Assembly: GCA_963787125.1 (NCBI GenBank)
Contig: CAWBBV010000007.1
Coordinates: 448,001-512,000 of the forward strand
Direction: 5' to 3'
Length of the DNA: 64,000 bases
From: an uncultured delta proteobacterium
GTDB lineage: Bacteria > Desulfobacterota > Desulfuromonadia > Geobacterales > DSM-12255
Under the pieces are notes generated by a model. The model saw only the letters and a program-made list of their open reading frames with translations, did not search any database and was not told the DNA's origin. The position numbers and the translations under genes were made by a program. Positions 8,394-18,188 of this stretch are shown piece by piece (position 1 is the first letter of the stretch; each line of letters starts with the position of its first letter).

Positions 8394-10280
8394 ATGTGCG
8401 GAGTTGTCGGGATATTCTCCCCTGCAGAGCGGGAGAGACTCTGGCCGGAAACGGCACTACAGTCAATGCTCCAGCGGGTAAGGCACCGGGGCCCGGATGG
8501 CGAGGGGAGCTACTCTGAACCAGGACTATCTCTGGGGCATGCCCGGTTGGCCGTACTCGACATTTCAGTGGCCGGTCAGCAGCCGATGTTTTCAGCTGAC
8601 AGACGCTTTGTGCTCAGCTTTAACGGCGAAATTTACAATTTTCAGGAGTTGAGAGCGCAGCTTGAAGGGTTGGGGTGCCATTTCATCTCCAGATCCGATA
8701 CAGAGGTGCTGCTGGCGGCATGGAGCCAGTGGGGTGAAGCGTCTCTCGACAAGCTTGAAGGGATATTTGCTTTCGCTCTTTTTGATCGGGAGTCGAGGTC
8801 ACTGTATCTTGTTCGTGATCATCTCGGAGTAAAACCGCTTTTTTACCAGCAAAATGTTGGGACGTTTTTTTTCGCCTCGGAACTGCAGGCGCTTTTCAGT
8901 GGAATCAACCCAGTGCCTGATCCTGATGCTGAAGATCTGGACACCTACTTCACCTTCAATTATCTCCCCGCTCCCCGTACCGGGCTTGCAGGGGTAAAAC
9001 AGCTTGAGCCGGGCAGTCTGCTCAGGATGGATGCCGGTGGCCTCAGTGTAAGACCTTACTGGTCGCCTCCCTACCGGGAAAAGCTTATCCCCTGGAGTTT
9101 GGCAACGGTTGACCGCTTCAGAGAGATTCTCTTCAAGTCGGTCAAAAGTCAATTGGTGTCTGATGTTCCCCTTGGGGTATTCCTTTCAGGAGGGCTTGAT
9201 TCCTATGCGGTGGCGCTGGCAGCCGCTGCAACCGGTGAATTGCCGAAAGCATACACAATCGGTTTTGCTGAACATAAGTTTGATGAGAGGCCTGAAGCCG
9301 CCGAATATGCGGCGTATCTCGGAATAGCGCAGGCGAAAATGCAATTTGAATGGAGCGAGTCGGCCATTGAAAAAACGCTTGCTTCCATGGGAGAGCTGCT
9401 CGCGGATGCCTCCTGCTTTCCGCTGTATCAGCTTGCGGCTTTTGCGAGGAAAGAGGTGACTGTCATACTCGCAGGTGACGGGGCTGATGAGCTTCTGGCC
9501 GGTTACGGCACATATATGGCGAGCGATTTGACCCCTTTTGCACGGATGCTCCCAGCTGCTGCACGTTCAATGCTCAGGCGTGGAGTAGGATTTCTACCTT
9601 CCGGCAATGAACGTTACGGCAGGAGGATGGTTCTTGAGAGGTTTCTGGACGCAGCTGATGAAGGTGAGAAGCGTGATCATGCTTCTTTTCGAAGGATATT
9701 CAGCAACAGCCTGAAACAGAGGCTATACAATCAGGAGTTTCTCAAGGAAGCGGCTGCATTCGATCCGGTAGGCGAGTATGCCGATTTCATGAGCAGGATA
9801 CCTTCTGGCAGGTCTTACCTTTCTGCAAGACAGCACGCTGATCTTTTCTTCCATCTGCCGAGTATTCTGGCCAAGGTAGACAGGATGAGCATGGCTCACG
9901 GACTTGAAGTGCGGGTGCCTCTCCTCTCAAAAGAGATTGTAGAGTTCTGTATCAATCTTGATGACGAGGCAAAGCGAACTCTTTTTTCAGGAAAGAGGAT
10001 AATGAAGTCCGCGCTCTCGGGGCAGATACCGCCATCGGCATTGAAAAGGCGAAAAGCCGGATTTCTGCCGCCGGTTGACCGGTGGTTCCGGGCTGAGCCA
10101 ATGAACAAAGTTTTCGGCGATTATCTGCAGACCGCAAGAAGTTTCCTGCCGACGCTGCATTGGGATGAGGTGGAGCGTTTCTGGCAGGATCATAAACGTG
10201 GAGAGGTCGAGGGTGGGTTCGTGCTTCTTGGTATCTTGCAGTATATCAACTGGAGCATAATGCTGAGAAAAAAGCTATGA
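8394..10280 (+). CDS. asnB: Asparagine synthase (glutamine-hydrolyzing)-family amidotransferase, probably glycan amidation
   Basis: N-terminal MCG, HRGPD, FNGEIYN, LSGGLDS, GDGADELLAGY, KVDRMSMAHGLEVRVP. Confidence 0.92.
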   Translation: MCGVVGIFSPAERERLWPETALQSMLQRVRHRGPDGEGSYSEPGLSLGHARLAVLDISVAGQQPMFSADRRFVLSFNGEIYNFQELRAQLEGLGCHFISRSDTEVLLAAWSQWGEASLDKLEGIFAFALFDRESRSLYLVRDHLGVKPLFYQQNVGTFFFASELQALFSGINPVPDPDAEDLDTYFTFNYLPAPRTGLAGVKQLEPGSLLRMDAGGLSVRPYWSPPYREKLIPWSLATVDRFREILFKSVKSQLVSDVPLGVFLSGGLDSYAVALAAAATGELPKAYTIGFAEHKFDERPEAAEYAAYLGIAQAKMQFEWSESAIEKTLASMGELLADASCFPLYQLAAFARKEVTVILAGDGADELLAGYGTYMASDLTPFARMLPAAARSMLRRGVGFLPSGNERYGRRMVLERFLDAADEGEKRDHASFRRIFSNSLKQRLYNQEFLKEAAAFDPVGEYADFMSRIPSGRSYLSARQHADLFFHLPSILAKVDRMSMAHGLEVRVPLLSKEIVEFCINLDDEAKRTLFSGKRIMKSALSGQIPPSALKRRKAGFLPPVDRWFRAEPMNKVFGDYLQTARSFLPTLHWDEVERFWQDHKRGEVEGGFVLLGILQYINWSIMLRKKL

Positions 10281-10357
10281 TGCGTTTCCTGTTGATGCCA
10301 AAGTGAATTTGCCTCGCAACCCATGAACCGACTGATATCGTATTTATCGCTGGAGTT

Positions 10358-11611
10358 TTGATGCTTAAGAAAATAATTAATTTTAGGGCTAATAACGAGA
10401 GGCCGCCTGGTAACAGGTTTGAAACGATTGGCTTTGCATACAGCAAATTTGCGGTGCTGTTGCTTAATACGCTCTTAATAATTGTTTTCTTGAATATATT
10501 TGCCTGGCTAGGGATTGCATTGTGGAATGGAGTGGAAAATGAAGATATTATCCAGAGGCTTCATGCGACCCCCCCAGTATCCATGAAAAAAACAGCTGAC
10601 CTCCATCAAGTTTACCCTGAATATAGTTCTGAGCAGATCGGCAATCTCTTGAATGAAACCTGGTCACGGCCGTATGTTTTTGAATCCTTTACCCAGTTTA
10701 AAGAGAGTCCCTATACGGGTGAGTTCGTTAATGTTTCAAATAATGGCTATCGAGAAACAGCAACCCATAAACCCTGGCCGCCAAATAATGGCGCCATCAA
10801 TGTTTTTTTATTCGGTGGATCTACAATGTTTGGTTATGGCGTCGCTGATAATCAGACGGTCAGTTCCTACCTTGAAGAGTATCTGGACCGGAATTTTCCA
10901 TCAGCTTCAATCAGAGTCTATAATTTCGGTCGAGGAGGCTATTATTCATCTCAAGAAGTCGTGTTGTTTATCCGATTGCTTTCTGAAAAGCATATTCCGA
11001 ATCTGGCGATTTTTGTTGATGGTTTGAATGAATTTGCATTTCCTGGGGATAAGCCCTTTTATTCGGATGAATTCAATGCATTTGTAGAGTTGGGTTACAC
11101 TGGACAGGATGCAAAAATGATAATCAATAACATGCTGGTTGATTATTTGCCGGCATACAGGCTTGGCGATGCTATCAAGACTTACGCTGATAAGCACAAT
11201 AACTTTGACAAGAAACTTCCGTATGAAAAGATTTCCGACAAAGACATCGCCAGAGTGATCAGTAAATATATCAATAACAAAAAGATCATTGAAGCCGTTG
11301 CAACCAATTATAATATCAAGACGTTATTTGTATGGCAGCCGGTTCCCACTTATAAATATGATCTGAAATATCATCCATTTATTCCCCAGGGGTTCGGCAC
11401 ACATACCAATTCGAAATATGGATATCCTGAGATGAAGGAATATTTAGACGAGTATCCACCCAATAATAACTTTGTCTGGGCTGCTGATCTGCAAAAAGAT
11501 TATAAAGAGCCTTTGTACGTGGATAAGGTTCACTATAGTCCGAAAATGTCTAAAATCCTGGCTGAATATATCGGTGATTCAATAAAACAGAAAAAAATAA
11601 TTATTCCGTAA
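10358..11611 (+). CDS. Membrane-anchored SGNH/GDSL hydrolase-family protein
   Basis: N-terminal TM helix, FGGSTMFG, NFGRGGY, DGLNE, DKVHYS; visibly AT-richer than its neighbours. Confidence 0.8.
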   Translation: MMLKKIINFRANNERPPGNRFETIGFAYSKFAVLLLNTLLIIVFLNIFAWLGIALWNGVENEDIIQRLHATPPVSMKKTADLHQVYPEYSSEQIGNLLNETWSRPYVFESFTQFKESPYTGEFVNVSNNGYRETATHKPWPPNNGAINVFLFGGSTMFGYGVADNQTVSSYLEEYLDRNFPSASIRVYNFGRGGYYSSQEVVLFIRLLSEKHIPNLAIFVDGLNEFAFPGDKPFYSDEFNAFVELGYTGQDAKMIINNMLVDYLPAYRLGDAIKTYADKHNNFDKKLPYEKISDKDIARVISKYINNKKIIEAVATNYNIKTLFVWQPVPTYKYDLKYHPFIPQGFGTHTNSKYGYPEMKEYLDEYPPNNNFVWAADLQKDYKEPLYVDKVHYSPKMSKILAEYIGDSIKQKKIIIP

Positions 11612-11709
11612 TGAAGCTCAGATCCCTTATGTCCTTTTAAGGGTAGCGGCATACAACCTGAATAAAACTGAATGCCTCTTTTCATCTAAGGCATATAAGG
11701 CATAAGAAT

Positions 11710-13569
11710 ATGTATATTCTTGGTATTTCCGCTTACTATCATGACTCAGCAGCCGTACTTATAAAAGATGACGAGATTCTTGCTGCCGTCCAGGAAGAGC
11801 GGTTTACCCGCCTGAAGCACGATGCCGGGTTCCCGGCTAATGCCATAAAATACTGTCTTGTCCATGCCGGAATCTCTCTTGCCGACATTGCTGCGGTGGT
11901 GTTTTATGACAAACCTTTCCTCAAGTTTGAACGGCTCCTTGAGACTTACTATGCTTTTGCCCCGAAAGGGCTTTGTTCTTTTATTGCATCAATGCCGGCC
12001 TGGATCAAAGAGAAATTGTTCCTGAAAAGGCTGCTCCTGCGGGAGTTGGCAAGCATTGAAGTGGTCGAGCCCGCAAAGATCAAGCTGCTATTTACTGAAC
12101 ATCACTTTTCCCATGCGGCCAGTGCATTTTTCCCGTCACCATTTGCTGAAGCCGCCATACTGACTATCGATGGTGTCGGAGAGTGGGCAACTGCTTCAAT
12201 TTGCCACGGGCAAGGGAACAGTATCAAAATCTGCAAAGAGCTGACATTTCCCCACTCCGTAGGGCTTCTGTATTCTGCTTTTACCTATTATCTCGGATTC
12301 AAGGTTAATTCCGGCGAATACAAACTGATGGGTCTGGCGCCATATGGGGATCTTCATTCCGAGAGGGTTGCTCAATATGTACAGCTCATTAGGGACAGGC
12401 TTGTCAAGATTTGCGAAGATGGCTCGATCTGGCTTGACCAGGATTACTTCGATTATGCAGTCGGCTTCAGGATGACCAGTAATGAGAAATGGGAGAGACT
12501 TTTCGGGTTTCCACCTCGTAAACCTGAAGCAGAAATTGATCCTGCGCACTGCGATCTGGCTCTTGCCATTCAGTTGGTGACCGAAGAGATCATAATCAAA
12601 ATGGCCGGAGAAGCAAAGAGGATTACCGGCGCCAGCAAGCTCTGTCTGGCGGGCGGAGTAGCGCTTAATTGCGTGGCGAACGGGAAGCTGTTGCGCAGCG
12701 GGATTTTTGATGAGATCTGGATACAACCGGCGGCTGGCGATGCCGGTGCTGCATTGGGAGCAGCTCTGGCTGCCAGGCACATTTTTTTTGAAAAAGAGCG
12801 TTTCACTGACGAAATAAATGATCGTATGCAAGGTTCATTGTTGGGACCTGAGTATTCTGGTCTGGATATCATGCGGATGGTCAGAAAATATGATGCTGTC
12901 ACGTCATATTACGAAAGTTTCGAAGAAATATGCTGTATTACCGCAGAAAAAATTGCCGAAGGGAGCGTGATCGGTTGGTTCCAGTCGCGGATGGAGTGGG
13001 GGCCGCGAGCGCTGGGGAACCGGAGTATCATTGGTGATGCTCGCAGTCCTGAAATGCAGCGCAAGCTTAACCTCAAGATTAAATTCCGGGAAGGTTTCCG
13101 CCCCTTTGCCCCCTCGGTTTTGCTGGAGGATGCTTCTGAGTATTTTGAAATTCGCGTTGCTTCACCCTATATGCTGCTTGTTGCGGATGTTGCAGCGAGG
13201 CACCGCAACCAGGCTGTGGTAGGCAACTCAGAAAAGATGATGGATAAGCTGTATCAGGTTCGTTCTGATATCCCTGCGGTAACACATGTTGATTATTCGG
13301 CTCGAATCCAGTCGGTAGACCGCGAGACTCATCCATCCTATTGGAAGCTAATCACTGCTTTTAAGGAGAAGACCGGCTGCAGTGTGATTGTCAATACCAG
13401 CTTTAATGTACGAGGTGAACCAATTGTCATGACTCCAGAGGACGCATACAGGTGTTTCATGCGAACCGAAATCGACTTTCTCGTGTTGGGAAATTTTATC
13501 TTTGAAAAGAGAGAACAGCCTCGGCTGAGAGAAGGTGCTGACTGGCGTGAAAATTACAAACTTGATTGA
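11710..13569 (+). CDS. O-carbamoyltransferase (NodU/CmcH/SxtI family)
   Basis: ILGISAYYHDSAA, QEERFTRLKH, EHHFSHAASAF, EYKLMGLAPYG, EWGPRALGNRS, NTSFNVRGEP. Confidence 0.95.
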   Translation: MYILGISAYYHDSAAVLIKDDEILAAVQEERFTRLKHDAGFPANAIKYCLVHAGISLADIAAVVFYDKPFLKFERLLETYYAFAPKGLCSFIASMPAWIKEKLFLKRLLLRELASIEVVEPAKIKLLFTEHHFSHAASAFFPSPFAEAAILTIDGVGEWATASICHGQGNSIKICKELTFPHSVGLLYSAFTYYLGFKVNSGEYKLMGLAPYGDLHSERVAQYVQLIRDRLVKICEDGSIWLDQDYFDYAVGFRMTSNEKWERLFGFPPRKPEAEIDPAHCDLALAIQLVTEEIIIKMAGEAKRITGASKLCLAGGVALNCVANGKLLRSGIFDEIWIQPAAGDAGAALGAALAARHIFFEKERFTDEINDRMQGSLLGPEYSGLDIMRMVRKYDAVTSYYESFEEICCITAEKIAEGSVIGWFQSRMEWGPRALGNRSIIGDARSPEMQRKLNLKIKFREGFRPFAPSVLLEDASEYFEIRVASPYMLLVADVAARHRNQAVVGNSEKMMDKLYQVRSDIPAVTHVDYSARIQSVDRETHPSYWKLITAFKEKTGCSVIVNTSFNVRGEPIVMTPEDAYRCFMRTEIDFLVLGNFIFEKREQPRLREGADWRENYKLD

Positions 13570-13585
13570 AGGCGGGTGGTTTTCT

Positions 13586-13735
13586 ATGAGTTTTCTGTCT
13601 GAATTATACGTATTCCTGATGGAAAGGAAAAAATGGTGGCTTATCCCAACCATCATAATATTGCTATTGCTGGCGATATTGATAGTTTTTGTAAGCGGAA
13701 CGGCAGTCTCGCCATTTATCTATACGCTGTTCTAG
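13586..13735 (+). CDS. Small membrane protein, DUF5989/SxtK-like
   Basis: MSFLSELYVFLMERKKWWLIP...SPFIYTLF, the signature small protein accompanying this carbamoyltransferase type. Confidence 0.85.
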   Translation: MSFLSELYVFLMERKKWWLIPTIIILLLLAILIVFVSGTAVSPFIYTLF

Positions 13736-13744
13736 GAGGGACCG

Positions 13745-14125
13745 ATGAAGGTTGTGGCAAAGTCGGTCAGGCAAATTGAACTGGAGACCATGGGAGTAAT
13801 TTCTATGGTTTCCCTGTTTATCGGAATAGTTGCTGAGAGTAACGCATTTTTATATACAGCCCTTTTCTTGCAGTTGATTGGACTGTTCGTCCCACCGGTT
13901 TCACGGCTTTGTACAAGTTTATGGTTGAAGCTTGCTGAGAAAATTGGTTGGTTCAACACCAGAATATTGCTGGTGTTGATTTATTGTCTGGTACTTACCC
14001 CACTGGCCTTTTTGTGCCGCTTGTTAGGGAAAGGCTCCCTAAAGCTGAAAAACAGGGGTAAGGGGTCAATGTATTTCGAACGGGATCATGTCTATTCAAA
14101 GGTTGATTTTTTCAAACAATGGTAA
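13745..14125 (+). CDS. SxtJ-family membrane protein
   Basis: GGAGG RBS; WLKLAEKIGWFNTRILL..IYCLVLTP motif; ends FKQW. Confidence 0.85.
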   Translation: MKVVAKSVRQIELETMGVISMVSLFIGIVAESNAFLYTALFLQLIGLFVPPVSRLCTSLWLKLAEKIGWFNTRILLVLIYCLVLTPLAFLCRLLGKGSLKLKNRGKGSMYFERDHVYSKVDFFKQW

Positions 14126-14176
14126 GAGGGACAAATATTCAAAATCCAGATTTATAGCCACTTATTACTTGTAAGA

Positions 14177-14642
14177 GTTGAGGCGACTGATGAAGATTTG
14201 AGCCGTGCCGGAGCCAAAATGGTTCAATTGAATGGAATTTGGTTTTTACAATAGGATATAATAGATACTGAATTTGCTTGCATGTATTGACTGCCGGTCA
14301 AGCAGACTGATTTTGGATGAAATGTCCGCAGAAATCAGATGTCAGGATTGCTCAAGCATATTCAAGATAGTTAATGGCATCCCCTCGTTTGTGTCGACTG
14401 GATTGATGAATTTCAGCGAAATTTCTCCCGCCGGTTGACCGCTGGTTCCGGAGTAAGCCATGAACATAGTGTTCGGCGATTATCTGCCGACAGCAAGGGG
14501 GTCTCTACCAACACTGTATTGGGCAGAGGTGGAGCGCTTCTGGCACGAGCATCAGCAGAATAGAGTCGAAGGTGGTTTCGTGCTGCTTGGGATTCTGCAG
14601 TACATCAATTGGAGTTTGAAGTGTCGGCTCCTTCATGGATGA
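14177..14642 (+). pseudogene. Chimeric scar: TMTC-like C-terminus + methyltransferase N-terminus + asnB C-terminus fragments
   Basis: 14177-14235 resembles 16232-16291; 14277-14420 resembles ~16337-16480; 14421-14615 resembles 10061-10255. Confidence 0.85.
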
Positions 14643-14674
14643 TGAAAATAAATTTTACCTTAACAGGATCATCG

Positions 14675-16297
14675 ATGCAGTCTGAATATAAGGTTTTTAT
14701 GACTGCAGCTCTGCCGGCAGGTATAATCTGTTTTCTGATATATTTAAAGGCGCTTTCCTGTGGCTTTGTTCATTGGGATGACACTGATTTTATACTAAAA
14801 AACCTTGTTATAAGGCAATTTGACAGCAATTTATTTGCCTGGTCTTTTACGACTATTGCCCCGTTCAGTGGCATCTGGATCCCTGCTACCTGGATCTCCT
14901 TTGCTGTGGATTATCATTTCTGGGGGCTGAATCCTGTCGGCTATCATCTGACGAATATCCTTCTACATGCAGTCAATGTAACAATACTGGTTCTGATAGC
15001 CGAACATCTTTGCCGCAGAACTTTTCTTATAGATTCAACTCCGGTATGGGTTGCTAATATCGCATTGTTATTGGCAGGGCTAATATTCGGAATACATCCA
15101 CTCCGCGTCGAGTCGGTTGCCTGGGTGACTGAGAGAAAAGATGTTCTGAATGGGATATTCACTTTCAGCGCTCTGCTTTTCTATCTGCAGTATGTCCAGA
15201 AGAAAGAAGTCGGCATGCAAGGCGCTGCTATTCGCAACTACATATTCTCCCTGCTCTGTTTCCTGTTCTCCCTTATGGCAAAACCGGTTAGTGTTGTTCT
15301 TCCGGTCATGCTGCTTGTTGTTGACTGGTACCCTCTGGACAGGCTTAATAAAACCTGTCTCAAGGCGGTTCTCCGGGAAAAAGTACCCTATTTTCTTATT
15401 GCGTCAATTGTGACGTTAACGACATTGTATATTGCCTCTGGCAAAGAAGGTTTGCTGGTTTCTTTGACCAACTTTCCTCCTTTTGAGAGGATTATAGTTT
15501 CGGGCAACGCATTGTTCGAGTATTTTAGGCTAATGTTGATGCCTGTCGGAATAATTCAATACGATCCTTTACCGCCACAAATATCTTACTCATACTTGGG
15601 CAAATGTTTCATTGTTATCGTTGTTGTTGTTGCAGTTTTTCTGAGAAGATCCCGGATTATGATTGCATCCATTCTCTGCTTTCTGCTGCCGCTTCTTCCT
15701 ACCCTCGCTTTATTCCAGAATAATGACCATGCCTATGCTTCCCGCTATACATATCTTCCCTCGGCATTGCCAAGCATTGCCATTGCAGCAGCAATTGTAT
15801 TGACCTGCAGAACTATGACCGTATCTTGGAGAGGGATTACACGTTGGATCCTTGTAGTCCTGACCAGCACAACTATCGTTTTCTATGCTTTTATGACGGT
15901 AAAACTTATAGGCGTCTGGAGAGATACCGGGACATTCTGGTCACGGATTATAGAGGTACAACCGATGGGGAGGGCATACCAAGAGCGTGGACTATACTAT
16001 TTCAACATCAAGAAGTTTGATCTGGCGATTGCAGATTTTACAAAGGCTATAGAGATTGCCTTTGGCCTTGGTATGTATGACAGGTATAATCTGAATGCTT
16101 TCCGGGGGGAAGCGTTCATGAAGTCAGGGAAATATGAGCAGGCAGTGAGAGATTTTACCTTTGCCATTTCCGTAGCTCCCAGACCGGTATACTATTATCA
16201 CCGTGGGCTTGCTCTTAAAGCTTCGGGCAAAATTGAGGCGTCGGATGAAGATTTCAGGCGTGCTGGAGCTGAAAAAGGTTCGATAGAATGGTATTAA
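14675..16297 (+). CDS. TMTC-like membrane glycosyltransferase with C-terminal TPRs (#1)
   Basis: FVHWDD, GYHLTNILLH, HPLRVESVAWVTERKD, SRYTYLPS, TPRs; start placed at MQSEYK after an AGGA RBS (ORF track starts it at 14609). Confidence 0.85.
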   Translation: MQSEYKVFMTAALPAGIICFLIYLKALSCGFVHWDDTDFILKNLVIRQFDSNLFAWSFTTIAPFSGIWIPATWISFAVDYHFWGLNPVGYHLTNILLHAVNVTILVLIAEHLCRRTFLIDSTPVWVANIALLLAGLIFGIHPLRVESVAWVTERKDVLNGIFTFSALLFYLQYVQKKEVGMQGAAIRNYIFSLLCFLFSLMAKPVSVVLPVMLLVVDWYPLDRLNKTCLKAVLREKVPYFLIASIVTLTTLYIASGKEGLLVSLTNFPPFERIIVSGNALFEYFRLMLMPVGIIQYDPLPPQISYSYLGKCFIVIVVVVAVFLRRSRIMIASILCFLLPLLPTLALFQNNDHAYASRYTYLPSALPSIAIAAAIVLTCRTMTVSWRGITRWILVVLTSTTIVFYAFMTVKLIGVWRDTGTFWSRIIEVQPMGRAYQERGLYYFNIKKFDLAIADFTKAIEIAFGLGMYDRYNLNAFRGEAFMKSGKYEQAVRDFTFAISVAPRPVYYYHRGLALKASGKIEASDEDFRRAGAEKGSIEWY

Positions 16298-17160
16298 CTT
16301 GCCGCAGTGAGTGGATAAATTTGATCATCGATAAGCTCGCTTGTATTGACTGCCGGTCAAGTCGCTTGAAATTAGATGAATTGTCTGGAGAACTAAGATG
16401 TCAGGATTGTGACGGCATATTCAAGATTGTTAATAACATTCCCTCTTTTGTAGCGGCTGAGTTGATGCACTGCAGTGAAGTTCCTCTTCTTGAACGCGAA
16501 AAGTTTCTAGAAATGAAGAAAACAGCCTATTCAGGCGGTTCTTTTGTAGGCCGGATGTACAACCATTATCACCGCTATGCAGCGCAGAAACGGATTGAGT
16601 TGAGCGAGAAGCGGCTTACGGTAGATATCGGCTTCGGGGTCGGTGAGCACTATCCGTTCATCACGGAAAAAGAGAAAGTTGCCGGAGCGTTCATCGGCGT
16701 AGATCTAGACCGGTTCAAGCTGGAGCATTTTTGCTCGCTCCACCCCGACATACCGGTGCTGCAGGCGAGCGCATTCAGGCTGCCGTTTGCTGCCGATAGT
16801 GTCGCTGTGGTGCAGTTGCTGGCAACGCTTGAGCATTTCCCCCCGGACGAGATAACCGGCCTGCTTGATGAAGCTCTGAGGATACTGCAGCCCTGGGGGG
16901 CCCTGATCGTCTGTTATCCGGCAGAAGGCGGGCTGCTGCTGGGGCTCTGCCAGAGAGTAATGCACGCTTACCTTAAGAGGCGGACAGGTTTTGACCTTGA
17001 CCAGGGGGCGATCCACAGGCATCTCACCGGTGCAGGGGAGATAAGGGCTATCCTGGGTGGGCGCAAAGAGCTTGAGCGACAGGAGAGCAGTTTCTATCCT
17101 TTCTGGATCAGGTCAGTCAATCTTTCGCTGTTTGTAAACGAGATCTACAGGAAAAGGTGA
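16288..17160 (+). CDS. Class I SAM-dependent methyltransferase with N-terminal Trm112-like Zn ribbon
   Basis: CIDC...CQDC..FKIVNNIPSF, then VDIGFGVG, GVDLD, RLPF, TLEHF, RILQPWG. Confidence 0.85.
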   Translation: MVLTCRSEWINLIIDKLACIDCRSSRLKLDELSGELRCQDCDGIFKIVNNIPSFVAAELMHCSEVPLLEREKFLEMKKTAYSGGSFVGRMYNHYHRYAAQKRIELSEKRLTVDIGFGVGEHYPFITEKEKVAGAFIGVDLDRFKLEHFCSLHPDIPVLQASAFRLPFAADSVAVVQLLATLEHFPPDEITGLLDEALRILQPWGALIVCYPAEGGLLLGLCQRVMHAYLKRRTGFDLDQGAIHRHLTGAGEIRAILGGRKELERQESSFYPFWIRSVNLSLFVNEIYRKR

Positions 17161-18188
17161 CAGGGGTGCGGTTTCAGCATTACATTCAAAAGCTCGACCT
17201 CTTTCTGACCCTGCTGCTTAAGGGGCGGCTTTCCTGGCGCAAGCTGCGTAATTTTTTAGCCAATGCCACTGCCTACAGGAAGCTTGTCGAGGTGTCAGGC
17301 ACGGCGCCGGCTGTTGTCCTCTTCGATGTCTCCAACCGTTGCAACCTGCACTGCAGAACATGCCGCAGGTCGACAACCGATATCGTCGATCTCTCCGGGC
17401 AGACGGAGAAACCTGTGAAGCTCGGTGACATGGCCCTTGACGGGTATTTGCGAATAATCGATAGCCTTTCTAAGGATATGCTCCTGGCGACCCTTTATGT
17501 TTCCGGCGAACCGCTTCTGAACAGGGAGATTGTGGCGATGGTCGCGCACACCTCCCAAAAGAGAGTTGCTTCGATGCTTTCAACCAACGGGATGCTGCTG
17601 GACGACTCGCTCTCAACCAGCCTCCTTGAAGCCGGTCTTGATTATCTGAAAGTGGCAGTAAGCGGGTTCACCCAGGACGTCTACGGGATCTATCATCTGG
17701 GCGGAGATGTCGCCAGGGTTCTGGAGAACGTAGCGAAATTCGAGCGGATTCGTAGACAGATCGGCAAACGCTGCCTGGTGGTGATTGATTATATCCTTTT
17801 CGAACATAACCGGCATCAGGCGGACGACATCAGGCGTTTCTGCCGCGAAAACGGCATCAGATTCTCGCTTCGCTATGGTCGGACGCTTGAGGGTTCTGAG
17901 TTGCAGAGCCCCGCTGAGAGCAAGCCGCACTATCAACCTAAAACCGGGCCGTGCGACTGGCTCTGGAAGATTATGGTGTTCTGTGCGGACGGCAGGTCTG
18001 TCCCCTGCTGCCAGTTTGCCACCTGTGCCGAGTCCCCTTTTGTGATGGGAGTCGGCGGCGAAGCTGCTGCAACGATTTGGAACGGCACTGCTTACAGGGA
18101 GCTGCGCAGAGTTCACGCAGCAAGCGGGCGCAAGGGACTACCGCTTTGTGACGGCTGCTTTTATTCAGGCATTGATTTCCAGAGTTGA
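17157..18188 (+). CDS. Radical SAM protein with SPASM/twitch domain
   Basis: CNLHCRTC, SGEPLL, STNGMLL; C-terminal CDWLW...PCC...CDGC. Confidence 0.92.
   Translation: MTGVRFQHYIQKLDLFLTLLLKGRLSWRKLRNFLANATAYRKLVEVSGTAPAVVLFDVSNRCNLHCRTCRRSTTDIVDLSGQTEKPVKLGDMALDGYLRIIDSLSKDMLLATLYVSGEPLLNREIVAMVAHTSQKRVASMLSTNGMLLDDSLSTSLLEAGLDYLKVAVSGFTQDVYGIYHLGGDVARVLENVAKFERIRRQIGKRCLVVIDYILFEHNRHQADDIRRFCRENGIRFSLRYGRTLEGSELQSPAESKPHYQPKTGPCDWLWKIMVFCADGRSVPCCQFATCAESPFVMGVGGEAAATIWNGTAYRELRRVHAASGRKGLPLCDGCFYSGIDFQS

Noticed and set aside
3668..10280. Lasso peptide cluster (YxxP peptide plus an asparagine-synthetase homolog as cyclase)
   Set aside because: The peptide has no Asp/Glu for a macrolactam, the AsnB keeps an intact N-terminal Cys glutaminase domain, and no B1/B2 (RRE/peptidase) gene is visible
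11684..11709. Short direct repeat TAAGGCATA x2 upstream of the carbamoyltransferase
   Set aside because: Only two 9-bp copies overlapping the RBS region; insufficient evidence for a regulatory site
11710..14125. Saxitoxin biosynthesis
   Set aside because: Only sxtI/J/K/L-like genes are present; no sxtA, sxtG or other core genes, and the context is glycosylation
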